A stretch of DNA of 64,000 nt, from NCBI GenBank assembly GCA_964416445.1, contig CAYQEE010000008.1, positions 6,450 through 70,449 of the forward strand, given 5' to 3'. The DNA is from an uncultured Gammaproteobacteria bacterium (GTDB lineage: Bacteria > Patescibacteriota > Microgenomatia > Levybacterales > UBA12049). The notes below the pieces were generated by a model. That model was not told the DNA's origin, did not search any database, and was given only the letters and a program-made list of their open reading frames with translations. Numbering within the stretch: position 1 is the first letter of the stretch; each line of letters starts with the position of its first letter. Positions 19,465 to 30,243 of the stretch are shown one piece after another. A program made the translations under genes and the position numbers.

Positions 19465-20385
19465 TTAATTTTGAATCGTTACGCAAGCAGTACCAATATC
19501 TGATCCATTTGCGCTATTATCACCATCATGAACTGTATAAACTGCTAAGTAACTATGTCCGGTGGTTAACCCAAGATTGTTGACGCTGTAAACCACCTCT
19601 GAACCATAGTCACAAATATTACCTGAACAAACGACATTTCCTTCTGCAGGAAACTGATCTGCACCTGTTGGAAGTTGACTTTGATTTTTCGGCTGCGGAT
19701 CTCCTCCGATATTATAATCTTTCCATGTTCCGTAGACAGCGTCAGGGACATGGGGATTTCCTGCATGAACAGCATCAATTGGTTGTCCATTTGGATTAAG
19801 CGTTAAATCGAGTAAAAATAAGGAAGGGAATACATAAAAACCTGCTGGATCTTTAATAGTAGTATCTCCTACACCAACCCCTGGTTGTGATGGAAAAACA
19901 GAATCGACTGGGTGAGTCTTCATTTGAGGTGTTGTTGTTCCCGCTCCCAGTGTCATTGCGTGTTCATCATGATACCAAAATTCTATTTTCCCCCCAGCTG
20001 AAACAGATTGTCCCGAAGGAGGATAAACGGCAAAAACATTCTCAGTTTCTCGTTTTACTCCGAGTTGTTGCAAGAGAGTAGTTATACCAGTTCCACAATT
20101 GAAAGGAACAGTAGTAGGAGAAGGTGAAAGGCTAGATGTTGGCGTTGGAGGAATAGAAATAAATGAAAGCGTTTTTAATTGCAGTGTTGCATGCGAAGGA
20201 TCAGCGGTTGGTGTGACAAGTACATATTTTGTTCCATCATAGGGTGGATTTACTGAATTAATAAATCCTGTTGCTAAGAGAAAAGCAAAGAGTGCAATAC
20301 CTATCAGTACAAATGTTATATATCCCTTATTTGTTTCAATGGATTTTCTTTTTCGAGACATTTTTTTTGTTTTTTGTTTTCTCAT
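19465..20385 (-). CDS. Hypothetical exported/membrane-anchored protein
   Basis: Basic N-terminus, TM, S/P/T linker, beta-rich domain; start moved to ATG 20385 to avoid overlapping the pilin gene. Confidence 0.7.
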   Translation of the reverse strand: MRKQKTKKMSRKRKSIETNKGYITFVLIGIALFAFLLATGFINSVNPPYDGTKYVLVTPTADPSHATLQLKTLSFISIPPTPTSSLSPSPTTVPFNCGTGITTLLQQLGVKRETENVFAVYPPSGQSVSAGGKIEFWYHDEHAMTLGAGTTTPQMKTHPVDSVFPSQPGVGVGDTTIKDPAGFYVFPSLFLLDLTLNPNGQPIDAVHAGNPHVPDAVYGTWKDYNIGGDPQPKNQSQLPTGADQFPAEGNVVCSGNICDYGSEVVYSVNNLGLTTGHSYLAVYTVHDGDNSANGSDIGTACVTIQN

Positions 20386-20472
20386 TACTCTTATGGTAAA
20401 GAAAAGAAGACCTACTTGTAAAGAGGGCCGAATTACCATAAGATAAATATAAATAGCAATAGAAATTAGTCT

Positions 20473-20775
20473 ATGACGCCAACACCCTGCCCACCGAATT
20501 CGACACAAACGGATTTTGGCTGTATACCAAATGATCCGGGAGGTTTTACGTCCAAATTTTATGGTATTGGTTTGGGATTAGTTGCCGCTGCATCACTTCT
20601 TTTTATTCTTTATGGTGGTTATTTAATCATTACTTCACAAGGTAATCCAACACAATTTAATCGAGGGAAAGGGTATGTCTTTTATTCAATCATGGGCCTT
20701 CTTTTTGCTGTTCTTGCAGCTGTTTTTTTCCAATTAGTCGTTGTCGATTTTTTACATATCCCAGGATTTAAATAA
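20473..20775 (+). CDS. TrbC/VirB2-like pilin (CPR type)
   Basis: TDFGCIP..P..F, then two TM helices joined by GY.IITSQGNP....GK, typical of the T4SS-pilin-like family. Confidence 0.75.
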   Translation: MTPTPCPPNSTQTDFGCIPNDPGGFTSKFYGIGLGLVAAASLLFILYGGYLIITSQGNPTQFNRGKGYVFYSIMGLLFAVLAAVFFQLVVVDFLHIPGFK

Positions 20776-23700
20776 ATGAAAAGAATCTGCCTATTAGTTT
20801 TAATGGTTCTTCTGCTCTTCTTTGGAATATCATTGCATTTCTCTGTTCAGCATTCCTATGCTCAAACACCAACTCCAACAATGGATCCTAATATTGCTGA
20901 TGGTGATTGGTTGCCTGATGCAGATGTTACCTTTCAAGGAAAGACAGCTTCCCGTTCTGCATTGCTGTTAAATCTTGTTCTGAAAAATTATCAATGGGCA
21001 ACCATTGGAGGAGAACAATCATTAATTATTTTCTGGACAAATATTAGAAATGTCGTTTACGCGATTTTACTGCTCGTACTTCTTGCAGCAGCCTTTGCCA
21101 TTATTATTAGCGGAGGAAAAAGTCTTACTGCATGGACCTTCGCGCGAAGGTTTATCATCATGGTTATTTTAATATGGTTTTCGTTTGCGTTAACACGTTT
21201 TCTGTATGAAGTAATTGATATTATTATTGGTTTTTTCAACAGGAATCCTCAAGGAGTTATTATTACCTCAAAAGATCTCTTCAATATGTCGTTTAATTAC
21301 CAAGGGTTTATTGGTCTTCGAAGATTTGGACCCTCATATGACGAATCTGCATTCGTTTCTTTATTGCTTGTGCGACTTACCGCAATTACCTATTATGTTA
21401 TGTCCGGAATTTTACTTGTAAGAAAAATTATCTTATGGTTCTTTATCGCGGTATCACCTATTTATCCATTGCTCTTATTCCATTTTCCTATTCGTAATAC
21501 GGCAAAGATATGGATAGGTGAATTTTTTCGATGGTTACTCTATGCGCCATTATTCTTCATTTTTCTTTCATCCTTAGTTGTTGTATGGCAACATAATATT
21601 GATATTTTTCCATTTCAGTACATACAAAATCAAATTGTTTATCCCACTGCAATTAATATTCTCCTTGGTGGTCCTGGACAACAATTAACTGTTGATAATA
21701 GTGTAAATTACAATGATACCTTTGCCGAGTATGTCATTGCATTGATCATGTTATGGATTGTTATTTTTCTTCCATTTATTCTTCTGCGAATCTTTTTAGA
21801 TTATCTTTGGAGCTTAAATCTTGACAAAGATAATACGCTTGGTTATCTCCAAAATGTAGTGAAAAGAGTTCCCGGAAGTCAGTATATCTTTCCTAATTCA
21901 CCTCTGCCACCAGGAAAATATCCTCCTGGACCACCTCCAGGAACCCATCCCACAGGGATGGCAAAACCAATTTTGTATGGTACAACTGGTCTTGCTCGTG
22001 AATTACCAACTGCAGCAGCGTTAAGCGAACACAAATCTACCGTTAAGGAAATAGCAAAACCAACACAAACACATACTTCAGTAGTGAATAATGTGTATAA
22101 TAACGTGACGACACAAACTCCTGCCTTTAAGTCAGAAAAAACGAGTGTCGAAACAGCAAAATTGGTTAATTTCCCCATTCCTCGAATGCGAGATATTGCC
22201 CATCTTGAAACCAATCGGTCTAGTTCACAAATAACAAAACAGCAACAAATTAGTCGAATGCATGAAACCCTCGAAAAAATTGCAAATCCTCAAAGTATTA
22301 CCAATACAGTAGAGCGGCAACAATTTACTCAACTTCGAGATAAATTACTGCAACAAAGTCAAAAAGGTGAACCATTAGCGACTTCAATATTGAAAGCAGC
22401 AAATACAGTAACGAATCAATCAACCAAATCAGTTATTACGCAATCGACACATGAGACAGTTACCCAGATCCAGCAGATGATCCAAAAAATCAATAATCCT
22501 GAAATCGTAACCGATAATTCACAAAGACAGCAATTTACCGTATTGAAGAACAAACTCGCGCAAGCAAGTAAACAAGGAGACCAATATGCAACAACAGTCA
22601 TGAATATGAAGAGTGAGTCTCAAGTTCAACAAACAATTCAAAAGCTTTCAGCACCACAAACTATTACCAATGCAGTTGAACGTGAGCAATTTACAAAACT
22701 TAAAGCACAATTAATTGAAAAAAGTAAACAGGGAGATACTGTTGCGACGTCTCTTCTTGCTGCTTCAGAAACAGTTGCAAAAGCAAACGAGAGTACGCTT
22801 CCTCAAGCAAATCAAGTGCAAACGGTTAATCTTGAAGATTATGAAGAAGTGAAGAAGACTTGGTTGGAAAACTACAAGAAAATGGAAATTCCTAATACAG
22901 CGGAAAATAAAACAAGAAAAGATTGGATTCAAAAAGACTTACAAAAGATGACAGAAACGATTGACTTATTAAATTCACAAGATCAACAAAAAGTAAGTCA
23001 AGGAATGCAGGAAGTATCACAGTTATTACCATTCTTACTTATTGGTGGTTTCTCACAAACTGAAGTGGTTGCTTATTTACAAGCCAAGAAACATGCAGCA
23101 GAAGAAGCACTGACTCAAATAAAAGATTCTGATAACGAGGAAGACACTATGGTTGATGCAACAAAGAGAGAAGCACATGCAACAAAACATATGCAAGCAT
23201 CGGTAGTGAATACTGCAGATTTTTCGTCAAATAGTGACGATGAATCTGATGAAAATCCACTTTCTAATATTTTACAGGGCTATTCACAAAGAATTCAAAC
23301 AATAAAGAAAGAAGCGCCAAAATTAAAATCCGAACAAACGAGTCAAAAAACATTGAAGCTCCTCAATTTTTCAATACCAACCATTTCAGATATCGCTCGG
23401 TATGAAAGCGCTCCTATTACTGCACAACAAAATGTCCAACAAGAAATGACCCAAGTAAATGAAATGTTGAAGAATCTTGCTTTCCCTGAATCTATCCCTC
23501 AAGAAGATCAAAAACAACAGTTTATTCTCATGAAACAACAATTAGTTGAGTCTGCCCAGAAAGGTGATCCTCTTGCGAACGCAATATTATTTTCAGTCAA
23601 TACCATTTCTCAAACAAACATCATGGCTCAGTCGAATCAGCAATATACTCAGGCAATGAATTCTTTGTTACAAACAATTCAGAAGTTTATTAATCCAAAA

Positions 23701-24483
23701 ATAAGTGCGCAAGATGCTGAAGAAAAACAATTCATGCAAATGAAACAAACAATTACGAATGAAGCTGCGCAAGGAAATCCTTATGCCGCATTTGTTATCA
23801 ATATTGCGGATAAAGTTTCTCAAACGACTCCTGAAAACCAAGGTCAAGTTTCAAATACCGTGCAAGAGTTACTTCTTAATATCTCCAATCCTATGAATAA
23901 TACAAATACTGATCAACAACAATACTATACCCAAATTAAACAGGAATTAGAAAAAAGAAATGCAGCAGGGGATCCCGTAGCAAATGCAATAATGCTAGTC
24001 CTGCCACATATCATACCGACAAAATCAGTCTTACCTCAAACCAATGATGTTCAAACAGTCAATTTAGATGATTATGAAGCGGTACGGAGTATGTGGCATG
24101 ATATTTATAAATCGTCAGAAGTGCCTGCTATCTCTGCAAATCCAAAACCAACAAGACAAGAATGGATTCGAGAAGATATGAAGCACCTTTCAGAAACAAT
24201 GGCCATGTTAAAATCCGAAGACTCAGAAAAAATAGCATTAGGCATGCAACAAGTTGGTAGCTTATTACCATTCTTACTTATTGGTGGTTTCTCACAAAGT
24301 GAAATTGTTGCTTACTTGCAAGCAAAGCAACAAGCAGGAGCAGATGTCTTACAAGAATTATCAGAAAAAGAGGCAGAAGAAGATTCACAAGTAACACTGA
24401 CTGCAAAAAAGAATGAAACCGTATTGAGCCAAGCCCAATCAGAACAACTACCAGAGCAAGAAAGTGAAAAGCATGAGAACTAA
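20776..24483 (+). CDS. Large membrane protein: TrbL/VirB6-like multi-TM N-terminal domain plus duplicated repeat region
   Basis: Signal peptide; W..IRNVVY; LLVRKIILWFFIAVSPI...W..EF.RWLLYAP (VirB6-like); Pro-rich linker; two ~390-aa units of helical repeats. Confidence 0.65.
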   Translation: MKRICLLVLMVLLLFFGISLHFSVQHSYAQTPTPTMDPNIADGDWLPDADVTFQGKTASRSALLLNLVLKNYQWATIGGEQSLIIFWTNIRNVVYAILLLVLLAAAFAIIISGGKSLTAWTFARRFIIMVILIWFSFALTRFLYEVIDIIIGFFNRNPQGVIITSKDLFNMSFNYQGFIGLRRFGPSYDESAFVSLLLVRLTAITYYVMSGILLVRKIILWFFIAVSPIYPLLLFHFPIRNTAKIWIGEFFRWLLYAPLFFIFLSSLVVVWQHNIDIFPFQYIQNQIVYPTAINILLGGPGQQLTVDNSVNYNDTFAEYVIALIMLWIVIFLPFILLRIFLDYLWSLNLDKDNTLGYLQNVVKRVPGSQYIFPNSPLPPGKYPPGPPPGTHPTGMAKPILYGTTGLARELPTAAALSEHKSTVKEIAKPTQTHTSVVNNVYNNVTTQTPAFKSEKTSVETAKLVNFPIPRMRDIAHLETNRSSSQITKQQQISRMHETLEKIANPQSITNTVERQQFTQLRDKLLQQSQKGEPLATSILKAANTVTNQSTKSVITQSTHETVTQIQQMIQKINNPEIVTDNSQRQQFTVLKNKLAQASKQGDQYATTVMNMKSESQVQQTIQKLSAPQTITNAVEREQFTKLKAQLIEKSKQGDTVATSLLAASETVAKANESTLPQANQVQTVNLEDYEEVKKTWLENYKKMEIPNTAENKTRKDWIQKDLQKMTETIDLLNSQDQQKVSQGMQEVSQLLPFLLIGGFSQTEVVAYLQAKKHAAEEALTQIKDSDNEEDTMVDATKREAHATKHMQASVVNTADFSSNSDDESDENPLSNILQGYSQRIQTIKKEAPKLKSEQTSQKTLKLLNFSIPTISDIARYESAPITAQQNVQQEMTQVNEMLKNLAFPESIPQEDQKQQFILMKQQLVESAQKGDPLANAILFSVNTISQTNIMAQSNQQYTQAMNSLLQTIQKFINPKISAQDAEEKQFMQMKQTITNEAAQGNPYAAFVINIADKVSQTTPENQGQVSNTVQELLLNISNPMNNTNTDQQQYYTQIKQELEKRNAAGDPVANAIMLVLPHIIPTKSVLPQTNDVQTVNLDDYEAVRSMWHDIYKSSEVPAISANPKPTRQEWIREDMKHLSETMAMLKSEDSEKIALGMQQVGSLLPFLLIGGFSQSEIVAYLQAKQQAGADVLQELSEKEAEEDSQVTLTAKKNETVLSQAQSEQLPEQESEKHEN
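22129..24351 (+). repeat. Internal tandem duplication [C-(A)3-B]x2 at protein level, with a 37-bp exact DNA repeat
   Basis: A: L.K..NP.......Q.F..LK..L......GD..A (x6); B: LPQ.N.VQTVNL.DYE.V...W...LLPFLLIGGFSQ.E.VAYLQAK (x2); identical 37 bp at 23023-23059 and 24262-24298. Confidence 0.9.
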
Positions 24484-24551
24484 TATCTTTTCGGAAAGTA
24501 GTTCTTGACGTTATTGTTGCACTAAAGCGATAATGATATAATATAACTAAT

Positions 24552-27500
24552 ATGTTTAGCGGTTTTTTTAATAATAAAAGACATGAGGATCAGGATTATC
24601 AACAAGTTCCTGTTTATACTGGACAACCGCAACCTATTTCGCCAACAAATCAACCGCAACAACCACAAAGCTCTGGAATTGGATCAACAATGCAACCAGC
24701 AATGCGTGAAGAAGTTACGGCACTCTCTCACTTAGATCCTCGCGCTGTTGAAGTCCTCAATGTTGCGCAGCAAGAAACTTCTCGAATAAAGCAAGCATTT
24801 ATTGAACCAGACCAACTGCTCTTTGCATTACTCTTTGATAAAGATATTTTTAAATTACTTGAACAATTTAATTTAAAAGTTGCTGATGTCTCGAGAGAAA
24901 TTCAAGAGAAAGAGAAAATAGGTACTTTTTTAGGACAACCAACGCTTTCCCAAGATACCAAAAAAATATTTGGGCAGGCATATGGATTAGTAAAAACTCG
25001 AAGTGCTGAATTTATTACTCCAGAAGACTTGCTTATTTCTCTCATGGACGCGAATGTTCCCGCTTCAGCGATGTTGCAAGCGCAAGGACTTGGAAAAGAG
25101 AAAATAGAGGAAAAACTCAATAAATCAGGGAGTACCTATACTGTTGTTAAAAAATCATTTCTAGATAAATTTGGTATCGATTTGACCGAAGCAGCTCGAT
25201 CTGGTGCGCTTGATCCGGTGAGTGAACGAGATAAAGAAGTAGAACGAGTCATTCATATTCTTTTACGAAGAATTAAAAATAATCCGATAATTATTGGAGA
25301 AGCGGGAGTGGGTAAAACTGCTATTGTTGAGGGGCTTGCGCAAATGATCGTACAAGGAAGAGTTCCGGAAGATTTAAAAAACAAACGAATTATTCAAATT
25401 GATGTGGCCTCATTAGTTGCAGGAGCATCGCACCGAGGTGAATTTGAAGACCGTTTGCGAAGTGTTATTAAAGAAGCACAAGCATCTTCTGGTCAAGTCA
25501 TTATTTTTATTGATGAAATACATACCTTAATGGGAACCGGTGATTCAGATGGTGCTCTTGATGCTTCAAATATTATAAAACCATTTCTTGCTCGAGGTCA
25601 GTTGCAGATTATTGGAAGCACAACTACAATAGAGTATCGTCATTATTTTGAAAAAGATAAAGCATTTGCTCGACGGTTTCAAACAGTACTTTGCGAAGAA
25701 CCATCAGAAGAGTCTGCTATTAAAATGATTGATATTTTGAAAGCAAAATATGAAAGATTTCATAAGGTTACATTAACCTCAGAAGCAATTGCAGCAGCAG
25801 TTAAACTCTCGAAAAGGTATATCGGAGAACGGTATCTTCCCGATAAAGCAGTTGATGTTATTGATGAAGCAGCGGCTGATGTGAAGCTTCGTAATAATAC
25901 AGGCAATCAAAAAGGAAATGAAGTGCGAAAAGAAGACATTGATAAAGTTATTAGTAATTGGACTGGAATTCCCGTATCAAAATTGACTGAGAATGAAAGT
26001 GAAAAATTGCTTCATTTAGAGGATATTATTCACAAGCGAATGATAGATCAAGAAAGAGCCGTTAAGTCTGTTGCAGAAGCAGTACGAAGAGGAAGAATTG
26101 GTCTTGCAAATGTCATGAGACCAATTGCATCATTTATTTTCCTTGGACCATCGGGAACGGGAAAAACAGAACTCGCAAAGACTCTTGCTGAAATTCTTTT
26201 TGGTAAAGAGGATGCAATGATCCGTTTGGATATGAGTGAATATATGGAAAAGCATGAAGTGGCAAAATTAATTGGTGCACCTCCAGGATATGTTGGTTAC
26301 GAAGAAGGAGGACAGTTAACGGAAGCGGTACGTATGAAACCATATTCTGTCGTTCTCCTTGATGAAGTAGAAAAAGCTCATCCCGATGTCTTTAATATTT
26401 TATTACAGTTATTGGAAGACGGGAGACTTACGGATAATAAAGGGAATACGATCTCATTTAAAAATACCATTATTATTTGTACTTCAAATATTGGTAGTGC
26501 ATTAATTCAACAATATTTGCAATCTGATATCAGTGCGAAAACAGTTTCTCAAGATACGGCAAGTGATAGCGTAACAAAAAGAGAACAACAAGGTGATTCA
26601 AATGAAAAAAAGGCTCTTGATCCAAATCAAGCACAGAAACCTATCCAAGATAAAGAAGCAAAACAAAAAGAATTGCAGCAATTAGTAAGTGGTGAATTAC
26701 ATAAATTTTTTAGACCGGAGCTTATCAATCGTTTTGATGAGGTTATTATTTTTGAGCCGCTCGGAAGAGAAGTTATGGTAGATATAACAAAATTGCGTAT
26801 TCAGTCTACCCGAAAATTACTTCTTGAGCAAAATATTGATATAGAACTTACTCAGAAAGCGCTTGAAGAACTTGCACAAGAAGGCTATGATCCTGCGTAT
26901 GGAGCTCGGCCACTTCGTCGTTTGGTCCAATCAACTATCGAAACTCCGATTGCCAGTCTTATCTTAGGGAAAAAGTTTGTTGCAGGAGATACGATTGCAA
27001 TTGATTATGATGCAAAAGAGGAAAAATTTGTCTTTACTAAATCGAATAAACCTGCAGGATCGGTTGCTGGAGCACAAGCTCAAGAAGAATTTCCTGTGCT
27101 TCGGGCTGTTTTACGAAAACTTGCTAATCCAAATGTGATTACCGATATGACAGAACATGGTCAGTATTTAGCGTTACGTCAGACAATGGATCAAGCAAGC
27201 AAACAGGGAGATATGTATGCTACCTGGCTATTGAATATTGCGAGTTCTCTTGTACAGACTGAACAAACGAATCCTGCACAGGCAGTGTTAGATCTTAAAG
27301 GAGTGCTCCAAAAATTACTGAATCCTTCGAGCCTTCTTGACCCGAATGAATATCAACAATATGTTACCTATAAAGATCGGTTAACACAGGAAAAAGCAAA
27401 AGGTGATATGCTTGCGAGCGCAATGCTCGATAGTTTACTTTTGGTTGTTTCTCAGCAACCTGCACCGCAACCTATGCAACCGGTTTCGCAACAGCAGGTT

Positions 27501-27725
27501 CAACCCCCCGTCATGCCTGTACAGCCAGTACAAGCGAAAGCACAATATAATCCTCAAACAGAATCAATTGTTAGTCCATTAATTCCCATACAGCAGCCTG
27601 CTGCACCACAACAACCTTCTTCTCCAACACAAAGCTATGCAGATTTATTAGCACAATTTACTCGGAATACTATTCCGCAACCAACTCCTAATATAAATGG
27701 AAGCCAACCTGCACTTTCAAAGTAA
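24552..27725 (+). CDS. Clp/Hsp100 AAA+ ATPase (Clp-N plus two NBDs) with C-terminal helical repeats and Q/P-rich tails
   Basis: [58 protein letters not shown]; no M-domain and no IGF loop. Confidence 0.93.
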   Translation: MFSGFFNNKRHEDQDYQQVPVYTGQPQPISPTNQPQQPQSSGIGSTMQPAMREEVTALSHLDPRAVEVLNVAQQETSRIKQAFIEPDQLLFALLFDKDIFKLLEQFNLKVADVSREIQEKEKIGTFLGQPTLSQDTKKIFGQAYGLVKTRSAEFITPEDLLISLMDANVPASAMLQAQGLGKEKIEEKLNKSGSTYTVVKKSFLDKFGIDLTEAARSGALDPVSERDKEVERVIHILLRRIKNNPIIIGEAGVGKTAIVEGLAQMIVQGRVPEDLKNKRIIQIDVASLVAGASHRGEFEDRLRSVIKEAQASSGQVIIFIDEIHTLMGTGDSDGALDASNIIKPFLARGQLQIIGSTTTIEYRHYFEKDKAFARRFQTVLCEEPSEESAIKMIDILKAKYERFHKVTLTSEAIAAAVKLSKRYIGERYLPDKAVDVIDEAAADVKLRNNTGNQKGNEVRKEDIDKVISNWTGIPVSKLTENESEKLLHLEDIIHKRMIDQERAVKSVAEAVRRGRIGLANVMRPIASFIFLGPSGTGKTELAKTLAEILFGKEDAMIRLDMSEYMEKHEVAKLIGAPPGYVGYEEGGQLTEAVRMKPYSVVLLDEVEKAHPDVFNILLQLLEDGRLTDNKGNTISFKNTIIICTSNIGSALIQQYLQSDISAKTVSQDTASDSVTKREQQGDSNEKKALDPNQAQKPIQDKEAKQKELQQLVSGELHKFFRPELINRFDEVIIFEPLGREVMVDITKLRIQSTRKLLLEQNIDIELTQKALEELAQEGYDPAYGARPLRRLVQSTIETPIASLILGKKFVAGDTIAIDYDAKEEKFVFTKSNKPAGSVAGAQAQEEFPVLRAVLRKLANPNVITDMTEHGQYLALRQTMDQASKQGDMYATWLLNIASSLVQTEQTNPAQAVLDLKGVLQKLLNPSSLLDPNEYQQYVTYKDRLTQEKAKGDMLASAMLDSLLLVVSQQPAPQPMQPVSQQQVQPPVMPVQPVQAKAQYNPQTESIVSPLIPIQQPAAPQQPSSPTQSYADLLAQFTRNTIPQPTPNINGSQPALSK

Positions 27726-27772
27726 TTGTATTTGTTAACTTAACCCTTTGCCTCGCGGTACTCTTTCTATTT

Positions 27773-30163
27773 TTAATAGCCTTGATTGCCAAGGTTTCTA
27801 ATAAGGAGATTATAATCAATACCATTGACAACACCGTCATCATTGATATCTGCAAAGAGTCCTTTTGTTTGATCTGAGAGATTGTGTGCTTTACATGAAG
27901 AACTTGTTGTTTTCATTCCGTAACAATCAACAAGGATATTATAATCAGCTAAATCAACACTGTTGTCATTATTGATATCACCCATCCGAAGATTTGTCGG
28001 ATTGACGTTAGTTTTACCGGTGAGTGCAATTGTTTGCCCTAAGCGAATCGATATGAGTTGAGAGGAGAGCAGTTCACGAAGGGAACCTTCCGGAGATTTG
28101 GCTAAGACATAATATGATCCTTGGGGAATTGATGAGAGATCAATAGCATTATTGACAAACGAACCATTCGGATCAGAGGGTGAAAATGAAGCGTTTATGG
28201 TGAGTGTTTGCGTAGGTTTCTGGGTAAAGTCTAGCGAGCGATAGAAAAACAATTGTACCATTCGTTGGGGATGATGAGGATTAGGATTATTTTGTGGATC
28301 AATGCCTTCAAAATGGACAGAGAGAGTACCGATTGCTGGACCAAGCGTTGATGTTCCTGTTGGAGAAGGATTTCCAGTTGTTGTTGGTCCTGTGGTTGGA
28401 CTTTGGGTAAGCGTTGCTGTTGGGGTATCTATTGGTGTGTTTGTTGGCACCGTACTAGGGGTAGTCGTAAGTGTTGGTGTTGCTCCTGTTGTTGGAGTTA
28501 TTCCTTGCGTAATTGCTGTTGTACAAAGTTGTGCATCAGGATCACAAATACCACATGATACGCCTGATTGGTCGCAATCGCTATTTGACGTACATGCTCG
28601 TCCACAGAAATTGCTATTGGTTGGTGATACTGGTTGTGTCGGACTATTCGTTGGTTGTGGAGTATTTGTTGCATGAGGTTGTGTTGGTTGTGGAGTATTC
28701 GATATTTTTTGAGTTGGAGAAGGAGTAATGGTTGTGGTACCGTTTGTATAGGTGACTATTGCCGCACTTGCTGCAGGAACAGTAATTGAAGAATTCGCCC
28801 CAGTTACACTGACTGGTTCTATGGTAGACGGGTTCCATGATCCATCACTTGCGACCGCAGATCCGCCTAACGTAATGCCTGTTGTTGCATTGACTGATGA
28901 TGCTTGTAGGCGAATATCACTTGCATGTCCAAACGATTGTGTTGTATTAATTTGAACCGAAGCAGATTGAGAAAGGTCTTTATTAATTAAAACTACTTGA
29001 AGGTTACCATTCGTATTTCTGATCCCGTAAGCGGTAATATTGACGCCTCCTGTGGAAATTTGAATAGGCAGCATCGTACCATCTGGTGCTGCATAATGAA
29101 ACGCTAACATTCCATAATAGTTAGGTCGAGGAGTATTATTAGAATAAAATATTGAGGTAGCATCACCCGACCATCCATGCACATTCATTCCCGAGGCGCC
29201 CATTTTTGCAAGAGACATAGCATAATCTAAAAGCCAAAGTGAAACACCAAATGCGTCTCCAATATTGGCAGGTGGTACATTTGCAACAGCATTGGTCTCT
29301 CCAAGTTGATACGGTAAATTTTTCGCATGAGTTAATTGCATTCTCGGTTGAAGAGATTGAATGGTTCCTTGCATAAGACTCGGACTTAATAATTGTTGAA
29401 AAGTAGTTGAATTTGCTGTGGGATAATAATGATCTGTTCCCATAACAATTTTTGAACTTTCAGCATTGATAAAAGGAGTATAAAAATCAGAGCAACAATC
29501 GGTTCCTGCTGGACCAACTATTGGAATATTTGTTCCAGCAGCTTGAATTGCAGCCGCTACTGCTTCCCATTTAGTTTGATATTGGCTGTAACTCCATCCA
29601 TATAAGTTTGGCTCATTTCCTATTTCAATACCAATAAGTGTAGATCCTGCTGATTTTGCAACATAGGCAGCATTAGCCGCATCATTTGATGGGTTTCCGT
29701 TTTTTAAATTAACTCCCCAAATAAAACGCCAACCAACTTTTTTAAGAAGAGTAACTGTTGCATCAACCATGGCAGGAGTTTGTACAGTTCCTGACCAGGA
29801 ACAAGAGCCATTCCCTGAAGTGCTCCATGAATCTCCTTCCACAGAATCTCCACCGAATCGAAACGTTGTTGGACCTAAATTTTTAAACATATTTTCTGCT
29901 AATGTGGGATTTTGATTATCTAATACCAATTGTTCACATGGACTATCAGCTGGTTCAGAACTGACTCCAATAAAACCAGTAGGTATAACTGACCCATTAC
30001 TTGCAGGATCTACTGTGACTTGGACATTTGTGCCTGCCGCTTGTTGGTGTAAATTTTGTATATGTTGTGAAAGATAAACCGCTAAACAAATGCCTAAAGT
30101 AATGAAGCAAACTATAGCAATTGTAAGGAACCGATGGTGAATGGGAACAACTAGCGATTTCAT
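27773..30163 (-). CDS. Surface glycoside hydrolase family 79 (beta-glucuronidase/heparanase-like) with T/P linker and C-terminal dockerin-like domain
   Basis: FRFGGDS, EIGNEPNLY, LGETN, LWLLDY, RPNYYGML; Cys-rich knot; GDINNDNSVDLADYNIL / ADINDDGVVNGIDYNLL. Confidence 0.82.
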   Translation of the reverse strand: MKSLVVPIHHRFLTIAIVCFITLGICLAVYLSQHIQNLHQQAAGTNVQVTVDPASNGSVIPTGFIGVSSEPADSPCEQLVLDNQNPTLAENMFKNLGPTTFRFGGDSVEGDSWSTSGNGSCSWSGTVQTPAMVDATVTLLKKVGWRFIWGVNLKNGNPSNDAANAAYVAKSAGSTLIGIEIGNEPNLYGWSYSQYQTKWEAVAAAIQAAGTNIPIVGPAGTDCCSDFYTPFINAESSKIVMGTDHYYPTANSTTFQQLLSPSLMQGTIQSLQPRMQLTHAKNLPYQLGETNAVANVPPANIGDAFGVSLWLLDYAMSLAKMGASGMNVHGWSGDATSIFYSNNTPRPNYYGMLAFHYAAPDGTMLPIQISTGGVNITAYGIRNTNGNLQVVLINKDLSQSASVQINTTQSFGHASDIRLQASSVNATTGITLGGSAVASDGSWNPSTIEPVSVTGANSSITVPAASAAIVTYTNGTTTITPSPTQKISNTPQPTQPHATNTPQPTNSPTQPVSPTNSNFCGRACTSNSDCDQSGVSCGICDPDAQLCTTAITQGITPTTGATPTLTTTPSTVPTNTPIDTPTATLTQSPTTGPTTTGNPSPTGTSTLGPAIGTLSVHFEGIDPQNNPNPHHPQRMVQLFFYRSLDFTQKPTQTLTINASFSPSDPNGSFVNNAIDLSSIPQGSYYVLAKSPEGSLRELLSSQLISIRLGQTIALTGKTNVNPTNLRMGDINNDNSVDLADYNILVDCYGMKTTSSSCKAHNLSDQTKGLFADINDDGVVNGIDYNLLIRNLGNQGY

Positions 30164-30243
30164 TATACTCTTCTTAGCATAGTAAAAACATTCGAGAGAA
30201 ACAAATGCAACAAAGCGAATTTTGCAGGTAAAATACGTTACCC

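Noticed and set aside
20386-20508. Extended N-terminus of the minus-strand 347-aa ORF
   Set aside because: It overlaps the divergent pilin gene and intergenic promoter region; ATG 20385 gives a normal basic-plus-TM N-terminus.
20473-24483. Conjugative element / ICE
   Set aside because: No relaxase, VirB4/VirD4, integrase or att sites seen; such pilins are common chromosomal genes in CPR.
28302-28955. Plus-strand Val/Gly-rich ORFs and GTTG-rich quasi-repeats
   Set aside because: Antisense shadow of the Thr/Pro linker of the GH79 gene; not a CRISPR array or separate genes.
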